Positions 57,280 through 64,000 of a stretch of DNA of 64,000 nt are shown here, piece by piece (within the stretch, counting starts at the first letter, position 1; the number at the start of each line of letters is the position of its first letter). The notes beneath the pieces were generated by a model that did no database searches, had not been told where the DNA came from, and worked only from the letters and a program-made list of their open reading frames with translations. The position numbers and the translations under genes are program-made. Source of the stretch: Blastocladiella emersonii ATCC 22665 (Eukaryota > Fungi > Blastocladiomycota); contig JANHCV010000011.1 of NCBI GenBank assembly GCA_025594325.1, positions 1,116,001-1,180,000 of the forward strand, given 5' to 3'.

Positions 57280-58203
57280 CTTCCAAGACGGTAAAGCGAG
57301 GGTTGGTGTCCTTGTTATCGAATGAGTCGCTGGGACCACAGTCGTTGGTACTTGGTGGTATGGGTTCCATTGGATACATCGTGACGGTTGGGGGAGAGCG
57401 AGAGCAGAAGCGACGGCCGGCGATTTCACCTCAAAGTCAGTCCGGCGTGGCAACGCGTCGTGTGACCGCGGCGCGCCACGACGCACCCGCGACCAGCTCG
57501 GCGACTCGACGCTCATGCCTCCCTCCCTCTCATTGATCACCAGGTCATGTATCGCTCATTCAGACACCATGTATCATACGCTGCTTCCATGGGCAGCGCC
57601 CACGCTTCGCGCCCACGCTTCGCGCCCACGCTTCGCGCCCACGCTTCGCGCCCACGCTTCGCGCCGCACAAGCACAGCCGTCGGGGCTCGGATCGCGTTG
57701 ATCCTCGCCAGGCGCCGCTCGCTGTCGGGCCGCGATCAACGTGGTGCTGTTCCCGCCGCGACACGCCATGCCCGGCGCTAGCCTGTGTCGTGTACCCGAT
57801 TCGGAGCTCGTGCGGTCGAGTCACGGCCTATTTCACTCCAACACGGCCACATGCCTCGCTCCTCCCCTTGAGCGAGCTCTGCTTGTGGTCGATCGTGTCT
57901 TTGGCCGCTCGCGTGTCAGTGCCCGCCACGCGCACCAGCGGGGGCAGCCGCTCGACGGTTCCTGCCGCACGTCTCGACGGCAAACACGCCGCCGCCGAGT
58001 GAGCCGGAATACGCGCACCGATCCGCTTCGCACTGGCCCTCACGGCAGCCGCCTCGCTCGTCCTCGCGCTGGTCGATGCGCGAGGCTCCTCGTCCATAAT
58101 ACTACCGCCGCACAACCTCGCCGCTCGGCGCGCCGTTGCTACCCGCGCCCGCGCGAGCTCGTCGACTTGTACCTCGCGCGGCGCTTCTCGCGCCGCTCCT
58201 CCT
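57280..58203 (-). other. Diverged inverted copy of 41484-~42250 (upstream region and start of the 42145 gene)
   Basis: 32-bp exact match GTGGCGCGCCGCGGTCACACGACGCGTTGCCA plus further collinear blocks (ATGTATC repeats; MDEEP..VRASAKR). Confidence 0.8.
57597..57661. repeat. Minisatellite, 5 perfect copies of 13-bp CGCCCACGCTTCG
   Basis: Counted directly in the sequence. Confidence 0.95.
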
Positions 58204-61026
58204 CGCCGTCGTTCACGCTCCTCGCCGTCGTTCACTCACGACCGTCCCTGACCTCCAGCTCGACTCTCAACGGCTCATCACGGTGTGTGCTTGCACACCT
58301 TCCACCCGCATCGCTTGCTCTTCCCCGTGCGCATCTGGGTCGCCGCGGCCCAGCAGGTCCATCGATCTTCTTCCCCGGCGGGCGCGTTGTCGCCGTATCG
58401 AGCTTACGCACGCGCACCGCCCCAGCCCATCTCGAACCGACACTCACGGTGGCCACGTCGCTTGTCTTGATGCGCTTCGGCCATTTGGCTTCTGCTGCTG
58501 ACAACAGTTCCCCATCCCGCGCGCGATGCGCGCTGCTCCGTCATCCAGCCCGCTCGCCCTCAGCACGCCAGCTCTCCGCGCTGCTGCCGTCCGTACACGT
58601 CGCCGTGCCTCTGCCGTCCGTGCACCTCGTCCGACTCGCTCGTTCAGTCCGGCCCGCTCCCGCGCCCGCGCCCGCACTCGCGCGCGACCACGACTGCCGA
58701 TTCGGGGCCGGCGCGTCGTCCGTCACCTGCTACTTTATCCCTCACCGCGTCCCGTGGCCGCCGCGTCGCGCCGGCCGAAACAAGCGTGCGACACGCGGTC
58801 CGCGTTCCAGCGGTGCTGGTCGCTGCGGCCCTCGCGTTCGCTTGCTGCGAGCGCGTGTCGATCCGCGACGCCTTCGCATCTGGCCATGGCCACGGCCAGC
58901 TCGGGTCGCGCGCGGCCGTCGCTAGCAGCTCCAGTTTTCGCGGCGTAACTCTTCTCTCGTAAGTGACCGAGCGTCAAGCAACTTCTCAACTCACTGGGGC
59001 GGCAGGACGAGGGGAAGGATCCGGCAGCGCGCGCCGTCAGCGTGTTCAAGGTCAACTCGACATTCAAGGCGAACTGAAGAAGGAGGAGCAAGGACAAGTA
59101 TTGCCGCTTGCGACCAAAGTGCGACGCGGCGAGCTCGCAGGGCTAATCTCGCTGCCGATCTCGCAGCGAAATCACCGCTCATTCCTCCGCTCGGCCGCCC
59201 GCTCGGAAAAAATGCCGAGCACCGCTCCACCGCTCGCGCGCTTCCCGCTCACCTCGCCTCCCTCCCTCGCCCGCATGTTCACCTCCCTCGTCGCTCAGCT
59301 CCCGCAGAAAATTAATAAACGCAGCTCTATGCAAAGTAAATATCTTGACCCGACCCTGCTGGCACTCCCTCAGCACCTCGTTCGAAGGTCGCCCTCCGCT
59401 CGTGCGGGCGCCAGCCGCGCGGCGACGGTCCCAATCTACGACGGGGGCGCCTACGACGGGGGCGCCTACGCATGGATGGAGATAATGTCGGGTGAAGGGG
59501 AACGTGCGCAGGAGTAGTTGATCTTGGTCGGGGGCCCGCGCTCGCGGCCGAGAGAATGTCAGACGATGCGGCGCGCTTGGGCGTGACGATGCGCTCGCGT
59601 ACGAAGACCACACCGGGCGTCACCGCGCGCTCACAGACGAAGGTGATGCCCTCGTCGTCGCTTGACTCGTCCGCGTCGTCGACGGCCGCGGCCTCGCGCG
59701 CAGGCGGGTCGTTCGGCTGCGACGCGAACGCTGCGCGTCGTCACGCTGGGCCAGACTCGTCCGCATCGTTGACCGCAGCGGCCTCGCGCGCAGCAGTCGC
59801 CGCCCAACGACGCGACCGCTGCGCGTCGCCACGCTGGGCCAGCGGCAGCGCGCCTCAAACGCCGTACAGGCCCGCGTGTTGCTTTATGCTTCTGAGGCCG
59901 TGTGCGATCTCAGTCTTGTTGTAGGTGAAGAAGAAGAACTGGTCCAGCGCGGTGAAGATTGTGTTCTCGCCCGCGTGCTCAGACACGGCCCCCAAACAGC
60001 GACGAGCCGAGGCGGGCTCGCCAAACTCTTCGCCATCAAGCGGATCGACATCACGACCATCGCCATCGTTGAGGCCTAGAAGCGGGCGTAACCTACGCCG
60101 CGTTAACGCGTAGTCGCTTGAGGGAGCGGTATCTGTGGTTCGTTCGCCGCTGGCGCGACTCAGCGACGCGAGAGTGCGTGCGTTGTTCAACGAGAGCGAA
60201 AGGTACAACGAGCTCGTCGTCGTCAAGGTACACAACGCGAAACGCGAATGTAAGCCGCGCTGAGGCTGACGCGAGGGGGAAGCGTGAGATCGCGCCGTTC
60301 GGAGTAAGTGCGGGCGAAGTTGAGCCCGCAGGCGGCCTTGGCTCGAGGCACGCCAGTTGCGTAACAAACTCGGCCTCACTGTCAACAGCGATCCATGAGC
60401 CGGCGTGGATGCGCGCGTCTTGGCTGTTTGGGTTAACAGCGAAGCGAGGCAGTGGCAAAGCCGCGGGAGGAACGTAGCGCCGATCAGAGGCAGCGGAGGA
60501 CACTGTGTGGAAGCGACAAGTTATGTTACGGCTGCCCCCAAACCAGTGTTCTGCTTCGAGGGCGGAGGGTGGCCGCGACGAACAAGGAGAGCCGGCGAAG
60601 TCAGCCGCTCAGCGGTGCGGGGGGCGAGGGCCCGCTCAGGCGCCTGTCGTAAATATGCGATGCATGGTTTCAAATCGATTTATTGACACGTTGCTGGGAG
60701 AGAGAGAGAACACGCGAGCACTTGGGCTTTGGCGGAGGAGAGCGGCCGCGACGCGTCGCCGGCAGCGGAGTGAGGTGGAAATCAAGCCCACGTGAGCGCG
60801 AGATCAGCTGCGAGGTGGGCCCACCCGGCGCATTTTGGCTGCAAACGACAATAGAGGAAGACAAAGAAACGATTTGTTTTTCAAACGTCGCGAGGGATCG
60901 ATGTATTACTAAAGCGACAACTAGCGAACGAGACCGAGAGCCAACCCGCGGCGGCGACGCACCAAGCGGCACGCCGACGACACGAACCGACCGCACGACC
61001 GAGGGGCAGAACTACGGCGAGCTGCT

Positions 61027-63536
61027 TTACAGCTTGTCGTAGTAGCGGTCGAGCGAGGGCACGTCCTCGGGGAGACCCTTGCGCTTGCGGAGGGCACGCA
61101 CGACGTCGTACACCTTGTTGCCGGCCTCGAGGGCGGTGCCGGACATGAGCTGCCAGTGCGAGAAGACCATCTGGGGGAAGGCCTGGCCACCGGTGGCGGC
61201 GCGGAGGTCGGTCGTGAAACCGAATGACTCGGCGACGGGGATGTACGCCTTGACGGTGTACAGGGGGGTACCCTGGCGCTGCTCCTCGGAGAAGACGTGG
61301 CCACGGCGGCGGTTGAGCACACCGTAGATACCGCCCATGGCGGACTCGGGGCACGACACCTCGGCGAGGAAGACGGGCTCCTGGAGCGAGGGCGAGGCCG
61401 TGAGGACCGAGGCGTAGCAGACGCGACGGCACGTGGGCATGATCTGGCCGGCACCACGGTGGATGGCATCGGCGTGGAGGGTCACGTCGAGGACGTTGAA
61501 GCGGATACCGCGCATGTGCTCCTCGGCGAGGACACCCTCCTTGGAGGCCCACTGGAAACCAGCGACGCACGAGTCCTTGATCTCGTTGAGGTACTGGACG
61601 GCCTTGGTCATGTCGACGAGCACGTTGGCGCCGGTGGTGTCGGGGCCGAAGCACCAGACCTTGCGGGCCTCGGTCACGTCCCAGCCGAAGTCGTCGGCCA
61701 TGATGCGGGCGCGGATCTTGAAGTCGTCGCGGGCGTTGACCTTGCCGGCCTCGACGGCGTTGGTGAACTCCTCCGAGAGGGGCTCGGCCGTCATGAAGAT
61801 ACGGTTGTGCTTGTTGGGCGACTTGGACAGGCACTGGATGGCCGACATGGCCGTGACGGTCTCGCGGTACGTGACCACGGGGTCGCCGGTCTTGAGGGGC
61901 ACCTGGGCGTGGTCCTCCTCGAGATCCTTGAGGCAGATCTCGAGGTGGAGCTCACCGGCACCGGCGACGATGTGCTCACCCGAGGGGGACGTGTAGCACA
62001 GGACACAGGGGTCCGACTTGGAGAGGCGCTTGAGACCCTCAACGAGCTTGGGCAGGTCGTTGGCGTTCTTGACCTCGACGGCGACCTCGACGACGGGCGA
62101 GACCGAGAACTTCATGACCTTGAGGTTGTGGGCCGTCTCCGAGGTGGAGATGGTGCCCGACTTGAGCAGGAACTGGTCGACGCCGACGAGGCCGACGATG
62201 TTACCGGCGGGGCAGTCGTCGATCGACTCGACCTTGCCGCCCATCATGAGCACGGTGCGCTGGACCGACTTGACGAACAGGTCCTCCTTCTTGCCCGGGA
62301 TGTAGTTGGGGCCCTGGATGCGGACCTTCTGGCCACCGCGGATCGTGCCCGAGAAGACACGGCCGAAGGCGTAGAAGCGGCCCTTGTCCGACGTGGGAAC
62401 CATCTTGGAGACGTAGAGCATGAGAGGGCCGTTGGGGTTGCACTCGCGGATACCGACAGCGGACTCGTCGTCGAGGGGACCCTCGTACAGGGTCTCGACA
62501 CGGTAGCGCTGGGCCGTGGCGGGCGAGGGCAGGTGGATGACGATCATCTCGAGGAGGGCCTCACCGGCGGGGAGGAACTTCTTCATGACGGTCTTGAGCA
62601 GGGGCTTGCCAGTGAGCTCCTTCTCGTCGTTCTTGAGGGGGATATCGAGCTTGGCGAGCATCGACGTGATCTGGTCGGCCTTAAAGTTCATGATGGCGTC
62701 GAACACCTTGAAGATGGGGTCGAGCACGAACATGTTGAAGGCGCGGTCGAGCGGCTTGCCGGCGGCGTCCGTCGACTTGGACGTCCACTTCTTGGTGGCG
62801 GGGTTGAAGTAGTTCTCGCCCCAGAGCTTGTTCATCATCTTGTTCTTGTCGACACCGAACTTCTTGGCGTAGCGGGCCGCGAACTGGCGCAGGGTGAAGG
62901 CCCAGCCGTGGAGACCGGAGCCGAAGGCAACGGTGCCGCGGTCGGGGTAGACCTGGACGTCGCCGAGGGTGGCGTCCATGTACGTCGAGATGATGACGTT
63001 GACGTTCTCGATGACGCGCTGGAAGTTCTGGTACAGGTCCTCCTTCTCCATCTGGAGCTCGAGCAGGGCGCGGTCGACCTTGTTGATGACGAGGACGGGC
63101 TTGATGCGCTCGGTGAGGGCCTGGCGCAGGACGGTCTCGGTCTGCACGCAAACACCCTCGATGGTGTCGACGACGACGAGGGCGCCGTCGGTGACACGGA
63201 GGGCGGCCGTGACCTCGGACGAGAAGTCGACGTGTCCGGGCGAGTCGATGAGGTTGATCAGGAACTCGTTGCCGTCGGTCTTCTGCTTGATGTCGGGGAG
63301 GTCCTCCTCGGCGAGCTGGAAGTACATGGAGATGGCGGTCGACTTGATGGTGATACCGCGCTCCTGCTCGTCCTGGCGCGTGTCGGTGGCACGGGCCTCG
63401 CCGGCCTTACCGGTCGAGATGATACCGGCCTTGGACAGCAGCGAGTCGGTCAGGGTCGACTTGCCGTGGTCGACGTGGGCGATGACCGACATGTTGCGGA
63501 TGTTGGACGTCTTGTCCATCAGCTGACGGATCTGGT
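61027..63536 (-). CDS. EFT2: Translation elongation factor 2; first exon lies beyond the window end
   Basis: [28 protein letters not shown], diphthamide-site [14 protein letters not shown]-terminal YYDKL; acceptor CTGCAG before DQIRQLM. Confidence 0.97.
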
Positions 63537-63780
63537 CTGCAGGGTCACACGCGCAACGGGTTCATCGTCAGTCGTCCGTTTCTTTTTGGGGAACCGTCGA
63601 GGACGGCGGTTTGGCCGTCTAGAGCAGCGTTTTCGTCGGGCGGCGAGGGTTGGGCGAGACGGCGGCGGACGAGAGACCACGGGTCGGCGAGCGGATGGTC
63701 TAGCACGCCGCGACGGCCGCGCCCGAGGCCACAACGACACGGCGACCAGCGACGCCACCGACGGCGTTTCCGCAGGCGGC

Positions 63781-63822
63781 GACGGCGCTGACGTTGGTGG
63801 CGACGGCGCTGACGTTGGTGGC
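63781..63822. repeat. Two copies of 21-bp GACGGCGCTGACGTTGGTGGC in the EF-2 intron
   Basis: Counted directly in the sequence. Confidence 0.85.
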
Positions 63823-64000
63823 GAGTAGCGTCGCGGCGTCGTCGTCGTCCGCGCGGCGAGTGCACAGGACTTCGGGTTGCGGAAGTCGTCACGGCGAGCC
63901 ATCCGCGTGGCCAGCCGTCCGTCCGGCCGGTCCGTTCGTCGGTCCGGTTTTTGGACCGCCACTCGTCCGTTTCTCGACGAAAAACGCTTCTTTTCGGCCA

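Noticed and set aside
57597-57661. Tandem repeat as a CRISPR array
   Set aside because: No spacers, a 13-bp unit, eukaryotic context and no cas genes.
60025-60079. FAIKRIDI peptide resembling kinase subdomain II
   Set aside because: No Gly loop, HRD or DFG motif in any nearby frame.
60099-60110. 12-bp palindrome CGCGTTAACGCG
   Set aside because: Short, isolated and plausible by chance in CG-rich DNA.
1-64000. rRNA, tRNA or autonomous transposable elements
   Set aside because: No recognisable rRNA or tRNA signatures; no transposase, reverse transcriptase or integrase motifs; no terminal repeats seen by eye. A covariance-model and repeat-library scan would be needed to exclude small elements.

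Overview
Gene-dense, very GC-rich eukaryotic genomic DNA. Introns are short (about 50-90 nt) with GTACGY/GTGCGT donors, CTGAC/CTAAC branch points and YAG acceptors. These signals and the gene set (chitin-synthase-like GT2, KAR5/GEX1, RAD7, Hul4-type HECT, together with centriole kinase PLK4 and a UHRF1-like gene) point to a zoosporic early-diverging fungus, probably Blastocladiomycota-like; this assignment is inference. Housekeeping genes: QCR2, DUS1, CCT2, KGD2, HNT1, EF-2, FIT2/SCS3. Accessory or unusual content: (1) a six-member tandem array of LAPTM-like four-TM genes with one pseudogene and a shared intergenic motif module; (2) two compact chitin-synthase-like paralogs 26.5 kb apart sharing a ~0.9 kb block that looks identical, introns included (one is a GC-AG intron); (3) a class C GPCR-like receptor with a Pmp-type beta-helix, an EGF domain and a PH-like tail; (4) a double-LIR protein ending in a ubiquitin-like domain; (5) head-to-head UHRF1-like and PLK4-like genes; (6) a tandem pair of unknown multipass membrane proteins; (7) a decayed inverted duplication of the 41.5-44.8 kb segment at 56.4-58.2 kb. 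I found no supportable rRNA, tRNA, CRISPR array or transposon. All alignments were done by eye.
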